DNA from: Entomortierella parvispora E1425
Lineage: Eukaryota; Fungi; Mortierellomycota
Assembly (NCBI GenBank): GCA_020891255.1
Contig: BQFW01000010.1
Coordinates: 1,364,001 to 1,428,000 of the forward strand
Direction: 5' to 3'
DNA length: 64,000 nucleotides
The notes beneath the pieces were generated by a model. That model did no database searches. It had not been told where the DNA came from and was given only the letters and a program-made list of their open reading frames with translations. The first letter of the stretch is position 1, and the number at the start of each line of letters is the position of its first letter. Position numbers and translations under genes: made by a program. This document shows, piece by piece, positions 26,556 to 38,765 of this stretch.

Positions 26556-26944
26556 GCTTTCCACCTGGTTGTCGGTATGTACCGTGGTTGTTGCTCTGGG
26601 TGGAATGGACAAAAGAAACCAGGGACAAAAGCAGGTTGACGGAAGAAGAGAAGAGAAGGAAAGTAGACTGGAGGAGTGAAGGATGAAAAAACAGCGGACA
26701 GGGCATCACTCATGCAAAGGGAGCAAAAAAAGAAAACAGAAAATCAAGCCAGATCTCAATAGGCGCACCAGCTCTGACCACATGACTTCAGGTCATCATC
26801 CACTTCCATGCTCACGAAAGCTTCTTTATGAAATGACTATTGAAGATGGTGCGGTGCTATCTCCTTGGCTCCAAGTCCTGACCATGGTCAAAGTCCTTGT
26901 CCTGATTCTGGTATCCTTCTGGTGTCTTTTTTCCCCCTTTCTTC

Positions 26945-27475
26945 TTAAAGGGCAGGCATCTGGCGGACAACACGTCCCTCGTTCTTGGCGTGCTTGACAA
27001 TCTGCTCAAACACCTTGTCACCCTTCCACCGTTCGGGAACCTCCTTCTTTCCTGTGACCCAGTAGTAGATATCCCAGTCAGGCTCGTCCATAAACTTGTC
27101 AAACCGCCTGCAGTCCTCGATCGACATGTCCTTCAAAAACTCCTTGGCGAACGTGGACAACAACAGATCCGTCTCCAGAATGCCTCTCTTCCTGGATTGG
27201 TAGGTCAAACGGGCGCGGATCGTCTGCAAAGACTCTTCAGGGTCCCGGGGCAAAGGAGGCAAGTTTGTGTAGGGGGTTTGGAAACCATCGGGGTCCATGG
27301 CCTGTGCTGCTGCTGCATCGTCATGGTCTGGTACTCTTGGAGGGGTCGATGAATATGAGCGCCATGAGGACACGCCCATGGATGCTGTAGATCTCGTCAA
27401 CGCCATCCTGCGGAGAGGAGAATAGGTAGCGGCAGCTCCGGCTGCACGGAGAGAGGATCGCACAAATGTCGCCAT
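26945..27475 (-). CDS. SDH5: Succinate dehydrogenase assembly factor 2 (Sdh5/SDHAF2), mitochondrial
   Basis: Arg/Ser-rich presequence; RLTYQSRKRGILETDLLLSTFA and DEPDWDIYYW signatures. Confidence 0.96.
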   Translation of the reverse strand: MATFVRSSLRAAGAAATYSPLRRMALTRSTASMGVSSWRSYSSTPPRVPDHDDAAAAQAMDPDGFQTPYTNLPPLPRDPEESLQTIRARLTYQSRKRGILETDLLLSTFAKEFLKDMSIEDCRRFDKFMDEPDWDIYYWVTGKKEVPERWKGDKVFEQIVKHAKNEGRVVRQMPAL

Positions 27476-27922
27476 AGTTCCTAATAATATAGTTCGAGAG
27501 TTGGGTTTGGAGTGATCAGGTCCAAGCCAAGCATGCGCATGTGCCGAGAAATGGGCCCGCCGGAAAGATGGAGAACAGTCACACGATTCGAAATTGGTGG
27601 CGTCGATGGAACGACAACAAAGGGGATCTCACAAGCGCACGTTCAGATCCAGAGTCAGCTTTCAGCATTCCTGGCTTTCTGGCAGGCGAATTTGCCTGGT
27701 ATTGCTCTCGTGCTCTCGGTCGCTCTCGGTCACTTTTTTTTTGCTCCTGTAATCAAGACCTCGATGCCTTGTGAGCACACTGCTCAATCCACCTTTCTCC
27801 ATTACTTGTCTTGGAGGCAGATCGCTGTCTGTGTTGCCGGTCTGGATGCAGGTAAAAATATCGCCAAGGTTGATGATCCTCTATTCATCCAAGGGCTACA
27901 ATCCCCCACCCAACTCCGTAGC

Positions 27923-27955
<33 letters not shown>

Positions 27956-29005
27956 CGTGCTCGCTTGGCTCTCGCATGTGCGAAAAAGGTGGATGAAACT
28001 TGTCTTTTGTTCGTTGCTTTTCTGATGTTTCCCGATCACCCGCAGACAACTACAGTAGGGTGAAAAAAACCATAAAACTCACTAGGGTGAAAACGACAAT
28101 GACGATGAGAGCCAACAATTGCTTGTTAGCTCCTCGATGGATTGGCGTTAGGGCATTGACTTGGGCAATTTAGATCATTGAATTTTCTTATTCGCCTTTC
28201 TTTTCAGTTTGGTTCTGGAGGAAAGGAGGGGAGGGTGTACTTCCAAGAGGCCAGTTGTGGGCGGAGACAAGGTGAGTGAAAATACACGGTGACGACCAGA
28301 CGTGCAGAAGAAACGTGCATGCATGACAGTATCCGCCTCAGTGTACGTTTCCCGAAAAGTAGAGTACCGGCAAGGACTACTGGTTGGCTGTTGGCGTGCA
28401 CAAGAGATCAAGGCAAGGGCTGTGGGACATGGGACACATTCCTCTCTATCGGACTCTTCAAGAGTGAAGAGGTAGGACATATGTGTAGGACAGCGGCAAT
28501 GGGCGTTCTCTTTTGATTTTGGGCGTGTTTTTGCTTTTATTGAATATGTTTTGCGTTTGCACTCAGAGCAACAGAGCGAGCACAGGATTGTTCCTTCCTT
28601 CCACAGCGTGTCAGCGTACAGTGAAAGGTGGGGGTGCCAACTTGCTGTAGTGAGTGCCCGTCTGCGTTGATTCTCCTCCAAAACTAAAAATACACTAGCG
28701 GTAAATAGAAATCCTTCTTTCCTGCAACCAGCAGATCACCCGTTCTTCGTCTGTCTCTGCCTGTGCGATCCACACGCGATAACGGTGCCACCCTGGAGTC
28801 TTCCTTCATTGGCAAGGTCCACCCCTGGTTTTTATTCTGTTCAATTCAACTCCCATTCCATCCCCTACTCTACTGTTACTATGACCATCATATAAATATG
28901 TGGCCACTTCTACGCCGGCCCTCCTCTCTTTCCTTTCTTCTCTACACTCCATACCGTCAACCTCTCTCTCACTTTCCTTCGACCCTATACCTCACATCTC
29001 TCACA

Positions 29006-29512
29006 ATGAAGTTCGCTGCCGTTGCCCTCGTCGCCTCTGCCGTCGCTGCTGTCGCCTCCGCCGACATGCTCCAGATCTACAACCCTACCGCCGGTACCCA
29101 GTGGACCATTGGAGAGAGCGTGTTCATCGGTTGGTCCGGCAACTGCGCTTCCATGGGCGCTGCCGGCAAGAACGTCACCGTTGACTTCAACCAGGGACCC
29201 GCTGATGCCGTCCGCTTCGCTGGCAACCTTGGACTTCTCGACTGCTCTGGTGCCTCTGTTCGCCAGGACTTCACCGTCCCCTCCACCCTTACCCCCGGCG
29301 CTTACTCCATTGTTGTCCGCACTTCCCCCCAGCCCTCCTACACCAACGAGTTCACCATCCTCGGAGCCGGTGGTGTTGCTCCCTCAACTCCTCCTACTGC
29401 TGCCTCCTCGGCCCCTGCTCCTACGTCCACCCACAACGCCGCTGGATCTTTGACCGCCAACATCGTGCTCGCTGCTGCCGGCGCCGTCGTCGTTGCCTCC
29501 CAGATGCTTTAA
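29006..29512 (+). CDS. Secreted, probably GPI-anchored Ser/Thr-rich cell-surface protein with a Kre9/Knh1-like Ig-type N-terminal domain
   Basis: Signal peptide MKFAAVALVASAVAAVASA; IYNPTAGTQWTIGESVFIGW; YSIVV...SYTNEFTI; S/T/P/A linker; NAAG followed by a hydrophobic tail; strong codon bias. Confidence 0.85.
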   Translation: MKFAAVALVASAVAAVASADMLQIYNPTAGTQWTIGESVFIGWSGNCASMGAAGKNVTVDFNQGPADAVRFAGNLGLLDCSGASVRQDFTVPSTLTPGAYSIVVRTSPQPSYTNEFTILGAGGVAPSTPPTAASSAPAPTSTHNAAGSLTANIVLAAAGAVVVASQML

Positions 29513-31318
29513 AGAAGCAACTAAATATCACTGGAAGGACACTTCAACAGGAAGTGAAGCTGGATGCCACCAAGCAATGGAACGATCCATTCTTTTTACG
29601 ACCCCTAGAAATAACAACAACAGGCGACTCGCCACCAAACAGGGACAGCAATCATCATTAATAGCTGCTCTCTTCAACAATTGGGTCTCCATCTGGTCAT
29701 TGCTTCCTTGGAGTCAAGCCCCCAGCATCAACTCAACTTGATCTATTTTTTTTTATCTACCTCTCATGTAACAAATATTGTATTAAAGAACTTAAGACTG
29801 CATCGTCAAACAAAAAAACAAAACATAGTTCTTTTATTGTTCCCGGAAACGTTGTGGGGAGGAAGAAGGAGGTCCTGGACAAACAAACAAAAGGAGAGCG
29901 TGTTTATTGAGTAAAATTCTCGGGATGGTTCAAACAACCGTGGGTGCTTTTGTTGATTTGTTTGTGCGTGTGCCTGGCGGCCGTGTGTGTGTATCTCGGT
30001 TGTCAAAAAAGATCTGATATCAATTCACGACGCCAATGAACTGCCGTGTTGTCGTGTTATTCTCTCCGCTTGACTCCCTTTGAGGGGAGAACCGTGGATC
30101 CGGCCAACAACTGGAACAACTGGTCGATCGCTTTCCCTCTCTCTCTCTCTTTCCCTCCCCTCCGCCAACTCCTCTCCCATTTGTCCAGCCGTTGAGAAAG
30201 GGCGTCTGAAAGAGCGGCTTCGCAATCGACCCAAAAGAGCTCCCAAACGCCCAACTGAGTTTGATTAGCAGCAAATATGAACGAGAGCGAGCAAGAGACA
30301 AGGAGATTGGCAAGAGAGGGAGGGAGTGAGCATCTGTGTCTATTTCATGGTCAGATTCCCTTCTCTCAATGAACATGAAAACTGTAAAACCCACAGAGCT
30401 GGCACACCTCCTTTACTGCCTTGTCTTCCGTTGTCCCCAGAGCTTTCTCTAGCTCCTTTTCTCACTCATTCCATGACCTTTGCGCTCTGTGTGGTTGTTG
30501 TTCTATTAACATGGGCTGTGAATGGTACTTGTCTTTGACCTTTGACCTTGGCGTAAAATCAAAAAAAAAAAAAAAAAAAAAAACAAAGTGAGACGAGAAA
30601 GAAAACGTCCTTTGTAAACTGTCTATGCCGGGGAATTGTCCTTTCCGATATACTCTTATTTTCTTTTTTGATTGAACCCTCTCTTCTCTGGGTCGTTTCT
30701 TTTTGTTCACTACATAACCTGTTTGCTGTTTTACACCCATTCCCCCATGAAAAGGGCATAGAAAAGGAAGCTAAGAAAGTGCAAGGGCAAAGCCAAGGGC
30801 CGGTCTATCCGGCGCTAGTTTGGGGGGGAAGGATTCCAGGGGTATTTTCTCTCCTGTGTCACCATCCTCATCCTGTTGCTGCTTGGTTGCTGTTGATGTT
30901 CCTTCTCGCGTCATCGTTTGTCTTTGACCCCTCGCGTTTTTTTTTTACCGGGTATTACGTATAGCTGTGTGTCAGAATTTAAGAGATGAATCTGGGTCAG
31001 ACACTTGTCGACGTCAGATCGCAGCTGCCACCCCCCTTCCCTCCAACTCGGAGAATGAACCCGATCTCTCCGGTGTCTCTGTTGTGAATCTAGAATTCGG
31101 TCATCAATTGCAATTTCACGAGACAAAACAAGAGAGCTTGTCCGTGGAACAGGGGAGGCGGCTGTCAAGGGAGAACCAAGAGCCCCCAGATACCCACAAA
31201 CAATGTCATTTTTCTCCTATCACGTCAAGTCAGGCCAAGTTATTTTGGAATGGGTTTCAATGAAGGAAAAAAAGGTGCTATCTACAGTTACAAAAAAAGA
31301 TTGTTGCTCTTTTCTTTT

Positions 31319-33832
31319 TTACAGAGTTCCAGATTGCCACTTATCACCTGCAGCGCCGCAGCGGTCCACAGACCTGTAGGGCATGTTGGGCGTATTCTCC
31401 TCTCCAGGAACATAGTAATTGCCCCACCAAGGAGGCACCACAACCTGCAGCTTGGACGAGATGCCGGCACCGAGGAACAAAAAGATCACTAGACCTGTGA
31501 AAGCAGCACCCGTGTCCAAGGCCGCTGACAACAGGAACACGTACTTTTTCCACCAGTTCTTGTGATAGGTTGCGATATAGTACTGGAAGATCACCACCGT
31601 GATCAACGAGGTCGTCAAGCCCATGGAGTAACCGTTGGGGAACGCGCCCATACCTCCAGCAATGATCGAGATGTTGATCTTGGACCATGAAATCTTGGGG
31701 AACTTCTTGGAAAGGAGCCAAAGCAAAACAGGGGCCAAGAACCCAACGAGGAAACCAATGTAAACGAACCAGTACTTGCCATCCAGCGCAAACATACGGG
31801 CAGGTCCAAGAGCACCATAGATCAAGCCAGAACCCCAGTACGTTTGGACACGCTGACCCGTCCACAAACCATTGGGATCGGGCTTGCTGTTGTCGAGCGC
31901 AGCTCGCTGAGAGTCAATGATCAGAATCATGGTGATGTAGTTGAAGAAGGCTCCGACCAACGTTCCCCAAAATTGGCCGACAAACATAGCACGAGGGGGG
32001 ATCTTCATGTAATGACCGAGTTTGAGATCCGACATCAATTGGTTGCACTGGTACATGGCCATGTAACCGTAGCACTTGAAAACCATGTTGGCAATGGGCT
32101 TTCCAGGCAGGATGTAACCGCAGACCAGCTCGGTGATGACGTTCAGGCCAGGACCATAACCTGTGATGGCATTCATCACACCGATGGGGAGAGTCAAGGC
32201 CCAGCCCATGAACAGGGCCAACAAGAGACCCCACCAGGGCAACTGCGTACCATAGAACTCGCAGACTAAGCAAGCAGCAACGGCCATGATGACGTAGAAG
32301 ATCGCATACCAAAGCTGAGGCACCTCGGGGTAGACGCGCATCATCTTTGTGTGGACATCAACCTCGGTGGAGCTGAGTGCGCGCTTCCAGTTGGTCCAAA
32401 TGTCTAGCAAAGCGGAGAAAAAAAAACAGTGAGACGATTGTCAGCACAGCGTTTTATCCAAGGTGTCATCAAGGAATCAAAAAATAAAGAAGTACTTGCC
32501 TGATCCATGGAAGCAGATGACGTGAGAGATACAACCGGACAAGGCAATGAAGCTGTACATGAATCCAAGAGCATACATGGGTGCCATGTTGGCTGGAGGG
32601 CCGGCCTCGTACATTGTCTCGTTCACAGAGTAATCCGAGGTCAAGAACTGGTTGATGGAGAAACGGGTACCGTTGTCGTAGAAGAGACGCGAGGTCATAG
32701 GGACACCAATGGTCTTCATGCCCAAGACATTGTTCAACCAAAGGAAGGGGAAAATAATCCAGTAACTCAGGATAGCACCACCGTACGAGCAGAGCTGAGC
32801 GGCCAAGGGCAGGTACATGGCTGAACCACCGATAGAGGTCCAATCAAAGGAGAAAGAAAAGATGCCCGAACCCGAGACTGAGGAGAAGAAGGCCCAAAAG
32901 TTTTGGTTGAAGGGGTTGATCCAGCACAGCCAGTCAAAGTACAACAGGATGGGGGCCAACCATTGAGGCAAGAACTGGTACAAGAACATACCACCGACCA
33001 CGACCCAGAAGAACTTTAGCCTGGACCAGCCGCGGACCATCCTAATACGTGAAAAGTCATCGGTCTTGTGCAAGGTGTTGTAAAAGACGACCTGGACTAA
33101 GTTGCCCCACCAGACCATCTCGGCAGGGTAGACGAGATACTTTCGCAGCATACCAGCCATACCATAGCCACAACTTTGGGTCGTGATGATCATCAGGAGC
33201 GACCCAAGGGCATTGACACGGAAACCCAAAAAGATGTCGGTCGCGGACAAGATATCAATGGCGTAAGCGGCATTGGAACCGGTAGCGACAGCAATACCAA
33301 TCAAGGCATGCTCCTTGATGTTGAATGGACCGGGGTTCAGAGAGAAATTGTGGCCAAACAGTGAGAACTTGGCCGTGGGCAGGACCTTGGCCAGGAACTT
33401 GCCCATCGTATACGAGACGAGATTCACAAAAAAGATTGAGTACGAGCCTGAGGTCGAGCGAAAGAAGTAGTACTGCTGGATCGTGGATCCAAGAGCGGCA
33501 AAGAGGAAAGATATGAACCAGAAGCGGAAGGTCACAACTGGCAGGGTGGGATCATCGTGCAGAGGGACGGCTGATGGAGACACGTAGAAGGGAGGAAGAG
33601 AAGGGAAAGGGAAAAATTAGAGACTGGCATCAGTTTGGCATTTTTTGGGGGGATCATCATGGACAGCGGAGTTACCGAGGCGAACAGCTTCAATTGGGGA
33701 GTTCTCGACCTCTTCTTCTTGGAGGCTGACATTGGTATCAGACAGGTTTCCCTTCTCATTGAATTCAAAGCTGGTCTTTTCGGGAGGAAATTCGCTTTTG
33801 ACGTCCGAAGCGACCGTTCCGTGATCAGCCAT
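31319..33832 (-). CDS. OPT: Oligopeptide transporter, OPT family (paralog 3); three exons, the second intron (32404-32499) is GC-AG
   Basis: MADHGTV...ENSPIEAVRL|AVPLHDDP; NPGPFNIKEH; CFHGS|DIWTNWK; KIPPR. Confidence 0.95.
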
Positions 33833-35373
33833 GATGGCGAAGGAAGTTTTTTTTTTCTTTTTGGGGGGGGTTGAGGGGTGAATGGGCCTCACTAGGGAAC
33901 AGAGTGGGCAGAAGTAAGAAGAAGTCGAGGGGGTGAGGATTGGGCAAATGAGGTTTGACAAAGAGATGTAAGAAGCGCGACCCAAGGTAGGTATTTATAC
34001 AAAAAGAAACTTCCCCTGATTGCTCAGAAGAGGATCCGCAACTTCCTCCTTGTTGAAATGGATAGCGTGCACGGAGGGAGAGCGTGGCATCATTTCCTTG
34101 GCAGGTGTAGTATTCTACCCACCCGGAATCTTATTATTGTCAAGTCAATAGAATAATAAAAACGCGAACCAGGGACCATGAATTCAGTTGAACGCTAAAG
34201 CGATTAAGAAAGCGCTGCATTGCATTGTTTGTGGGCGACCGCTTTTGCGGCTGAAGGTATGGCGTAAAGGGTCGTGCCAGCCCTTGCACCTACTGTGAAC
34301 AGGGCCGGCGGGAAAGGGAAGAGTTGATGAGAGCTGCGTCCAGATGAGGGTGGCGCGTAGTGCATGTGTGTGTTCAGAAGCCAATGGTTGCTCCCTCTTT
34401 CGTTTGAGACAAGACCCTCGGAATTCGGAAGCAAGAAAAAAAAAACATTTTCGGCAAGTCAAGACAAACAAGGATGTGAAGATTGTGGGTCGCACAGGAC
34501 ACAAAAGGGCACATTGGTGGGCATCTGGTAACATCTCTGATTGGTCAGACCGCTTTGTTGTCAAAGGTTGTGCTCATGCTCCAAGGAGAAAAACAAAAAA
34601 GGGTGCCATTTGTCTTTTTGAATTGTTCAACAATCGCACCATTTGTCCCATATCACACGAACACCAAGGGCGGAGGGTGCAAATAAAAGTGGACAAAACA
34701 GAAATCCGAGAAGGATTCTTTCGGTGGTAACTCTAACCGGTCTCGCCGCCCATGCTCTCTAAAGACCCAAAGGGGGGCGACACGCCCGGCGAGTCGGCAA
34801 GAGAACGGTCAATGAAGGCGATTGGACAGACAAACAAAGACAAACGCGGACTGTCCCGGTCCTCAGCTGCACCTGTGTGTGAAAAAAAGAAAAGTGTTGC
34901 TCGTCCTCACAGTTTACAGTACTTTCAGAGTGCGTCAGCGGAACAAAGACGGTCCCGATTTGCGTCCCCAAATGGAGCTTTTTACTTTTTATGATTGCAT
35001 GGCATGGAGGGAGACAGAGTAAAAAAAAAAAAAAGAACTGGTTGAATGGGGGGGGGGGGGGGAATCGTTGGGGAGAGTGGAGCGGTGTCGGTACGTGGAA
35101 GCGATACCTGTCAAAAATGATCACCTTGTCATGTGCCCTTGCATTGTGGATGGGAGTCCTAGAGGCGAGAACCTTTGGGGGGACTGAGGATGGAACGACC
35201 GGAACAGGACTCCGAGAAGGTAGTCATGCAGGCAATATCGTGAGAAATGATTCTTCTTTTGATTGGCCAAAGAAATGCATTCCCTCGGCGATGAACAACA
35301 ACAGAGCAGGGGGAGGAAAGAATAACTTTTTAATGTACAAAACAGATATATAGAACATATTGGACGAGCCACA

Positions 35374-37767
35374 TCAGGCACCTCCTGTCCAAGCGTTGTG
35401 GGCAGCACCACAGCGGTCAACAGCATAGAATGGAGCGTTGTCCCCCTCGGGGGTATAGTAGTTAGCCCACCAAGAAGGTATAGTGACCGACAACTTGGGA
35501 GAAAGACCACCTCCAAGGAACAAAAAGATGACTAGACCTGTAAAGGCAGCACCGGTATCCAGGGCAGCCGACAGAATGAAGACATACTTCTTCCACCAGT
35601 TCTTGTGGTACCGGAAGACGTAGTACTGGAAGACAAACACAGTGATCAAAGAGGGGAAGACGCCAACCACATATCCGTTGGGAAAGGCGCCCATACCACC
35701 GGCAATAATGGCGACGTTGAATTTGGACCACTGGATGGTAGGGAATTTCTTGGAAAGACCCCAGAGAGCCACAGGGATGACGAAGCCGATCAAGAAACCG
35801 AGGTAGACGAATCCGTACCTGTCATCCAGGGCAAACATACGAGCAGGGCCGAGAGCACCGTAGATCAAACCAGAACCCCAGAAAGTCTGGACACGCTGAC
35901 CAGTCCAAAGGCCGGTTGGGTCTTGCTTGTCTCCGTTAAGGATCTCACGCTGCGAGTCGATGATCAGGATCATGGTCAAGTAATTAAAGCAGGCTCCAAC
36001 CATCGTTCCCCAGAACTGACCGACAAACATGGATCTGGGAGGGATCTTCATGTAGTGACCAAGCTTCAGATCCGACAACAAGGTGTTGCATTGGTACATG
36101 GCCATGTAACCATAGCACTTGAACACCATGTTGGCGATGGGCTTTCCAGGGAGCATGTAACCGCAGACCAACTCGGTGATGACGTTCAAACCAGGACCAA
36201 AACCAGTGATAGCAGTCATGGCGCAAATAGGGAGAGTCAAGAACCACCCAAGAGCAAGGGCGACGAGCAAGCCCCACCAAGGGAGCTGAAGGTCGTATAC
36301 TTCACAGACAACAATCGAGAGGGCGGCCATGATGATGTAGAAGACGGCGTACCATAGTTGGGGGACCTCTGGGTAGACCTGCATCATCCTGGTGTGGACA
36401 TCATCGTTCGCTCCACCAACGGCACTCTTCCAATTGCGCCACAAATCTGATCCGTGGAAGCAGATGATATGGGAGACACAACCGGCCAAAGCAATGAATG
36501 AGGTCAGGAAGCCGACGGCATACAGAGGCGACATGTAGGCTGGCTCCCCTGAATTGTAGAGGGATTCGTTCAAAGAGAAATCTGAGTTCAAGACCGTGTT
36601 GATATCGAAGGAAGTTCCATTACTGTAAAACAGGCGGGAGGTAAGAGGGCTACCCATGGTCTTGGTGCCGAGCGAGTTGGTCATCCACATGATGGGGAGC
36701 AAGATCCAATAGTTCAATACCATGCCACCATAGTTGCAGAGCTGGGCAGCCAGTGGGAGGTACATGGTTGAACCACCGATCGAAGTCCAATCGAACGACA
36801 AGGAGAACACGCCACCACCGCTGATGGATGAGAAGATGGCCCAAAAGTTCTTGTTGAAGGGGTTGATCCAGCACAGCCAGTCAAAGTAGACCAACATAGG
36901 CGCGAGCCATTGGGGAACAAACTCCCAGATGAACATGCCGCCGCAAAAGACCCAGAAGTACTTCATGTAGGACCATCCACGGATCATCTTTTGGTTGGCA
37001 AATTCATCCGTGTTGTGCATAGCGTTGTAAAAGACAACCTGCACCAAGTTGCTCCACCAGACCATCTCAGCAGGGTAGACGAGATACTTGCGGAGAACAC
37101 CGGCCATGCCGTAGCCGACACTCTGGGTGGTGATGATCAGCAGCAAGGAACCCAGGACACCAATACGGTGGTTGAGGAAGAGGTCGGTCGCAGACAAGAT
37201 ATCGATGGCATAGGCAGAGTTGGCCGCCGTTGAGGCAGCGATACCGATGAGGGCATGTTCTTTGATGTTGAATGGGCCGGGGTTCAGGGACATTGAGAAG
37301 CCAGCAATGCTGAACGAAGAGGTGGGGAGAACACGGGCCAAGAATCTACCCATCGCATATGAAGCCAAGTTGACAAAGAAGATGGAAAACGAGCCTGCAG
37401 TAGAACGGTAGAAGTAGTACTGCTGGATGACGGCGCCAATGACTGAGAAGAAGAAGGAGATGATCCAAAATCTGAAAGTGACTGCGACCAGCGAGGGGTC
37501 ATCGGTGATGGGGACCACTGTTGATAACGGCCATCGGAAGTAGAAGAGGAGATTGGCAGGGAGAGAGGTTTGTTGGCATTCATCGTCAGTGCATCTGGCT
37601 TAGAACATGATCCTGTTCAGGATGGACCTGACACATGGCAAGAGCCCCTTACCAAGACGGACAGCCTCGATGACAGAGTTCTGGACCTCAGCTTCTTCAT
37701 TCAGCTGAAACTCCTTGTCAACGTTCTCTTCCTTTTGGTCCTCAGAATAGTATTCCTGTTTAGACAT
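35374..37767 (-). CDS. OPT: Oligopeptide transporter, OPT family (paralog 4); intron 37518-37652
   Basis: MSKQEYYSED...EAVRL|VVPITDDP; intact 714-aa second-exon ORF; TATA-like tataaata near 37980. Confidence 0.96.
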
Positions 37768-38203
37768 TATGGAATGGAGGACTGAAGGTGATCAACTGGG
37801 GATGGCGTGCGCCCAATAGAGGAGAGTAGATGTGGACGAGAAGTGTGTGGGAGTGAACGTGGGAGTGAAAGAACAAAAGGAGACAGAATGGAAGACTAGG
37901 AGTGGAGAGAAGGAGATCAGTGGAAGAGAGGACTGAAGAGGAGATGATTGGGACATTGAGGGGGGAGGGGTAGCGTATTTATACGGAGGAGGAAAACAAA
38001 GAGGAGAAGGACATGCCACAATTGTGCAGAAAGGGGTTAAAGCCCATCCTGCTGGCCGGCCATTCAGGGACCGTCTCCCTTTGGTGTTCCTCCGTACCGA
38101 TGTAATGCACTCTCACAAGGCGTGCTTCTTCGATACCGGGTTGACAGTACATTCGTGTGGTAGCTATGCTCCATTCAGTCGTCTGAGCAGCCATTCAAAC
38201 GAA

Positions 38204-38212
38204 CATTTTGAA
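38204..38212 (+). repeat. Left target-site duplication CATTTTGAA
   Basis: The identical 9-mer lies immediately outside both TIRs (38204-38212 and 44470-44478). Confidence 0.95.
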
Positions 38213-38765
38213 TAGTCTCGTCACCATCCCCTCCGCCGGTTCACAGGAGAGTCACAAGTGCTGACGCACCTGCCTTTTTAGGCAGCTCTCACTGAAAACC
38301 TCTAGAGGGGCTGGTCGGCAAGTAAGGTTTCCACTATGACCCTGCAGAGCTCTGTCAAAAAAATAACGGCAAAGTCGAAAAACAGCTCAGTTTTGCTCAT
38401 CCTCCCTTCATCATTCACCTCATCTCGCACCATTAATCTATGGTCGCCTTGCCATTCCACTCCCATTCCCCTCCCATTCCCCTGTTTCCATCGCAATCTT
38501 CCACTCTCAGTGCGTTCTCGCTCTCTTGACGACCTTCATACAAAGCGCCTCCGCCGTTCCCCGTCTCTCAGGTTATTTGTTTTCGCTGAGAAAAGTGCTC
38601 CAGGTACGCCTTCATGGACACGAATATATGAACTAGCACGCTCTGGCCATGGAAACTAACAGCTATTCCCTCTTCTACACCAAAAGCCCAGTCCTCAATT
38701 GATCCCCCCGCTCTTCAATTGATCCCTCCGTCCTCATATCCCGTCCAATTGGTATCACGCTAGTA
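38213..38765 (+). repeat. Left terminal inverted repeat (553 bp)
   Basis: Reverse complement of 43917-44469; one mismatch seen by eye (38248 vs 44434). The ORF track gives identical 107-aa and 64-aa ORFs in both copies. Confidence 0.96.

Noticed and set aside
38336-38659. Identical 107-aa ORFs at 38336-38659 (+) and 44023-44346 (-)
   Set aside because: The identity simply reflects the TIR duplication; low-complexity S/P/L composition and no coding evidence.
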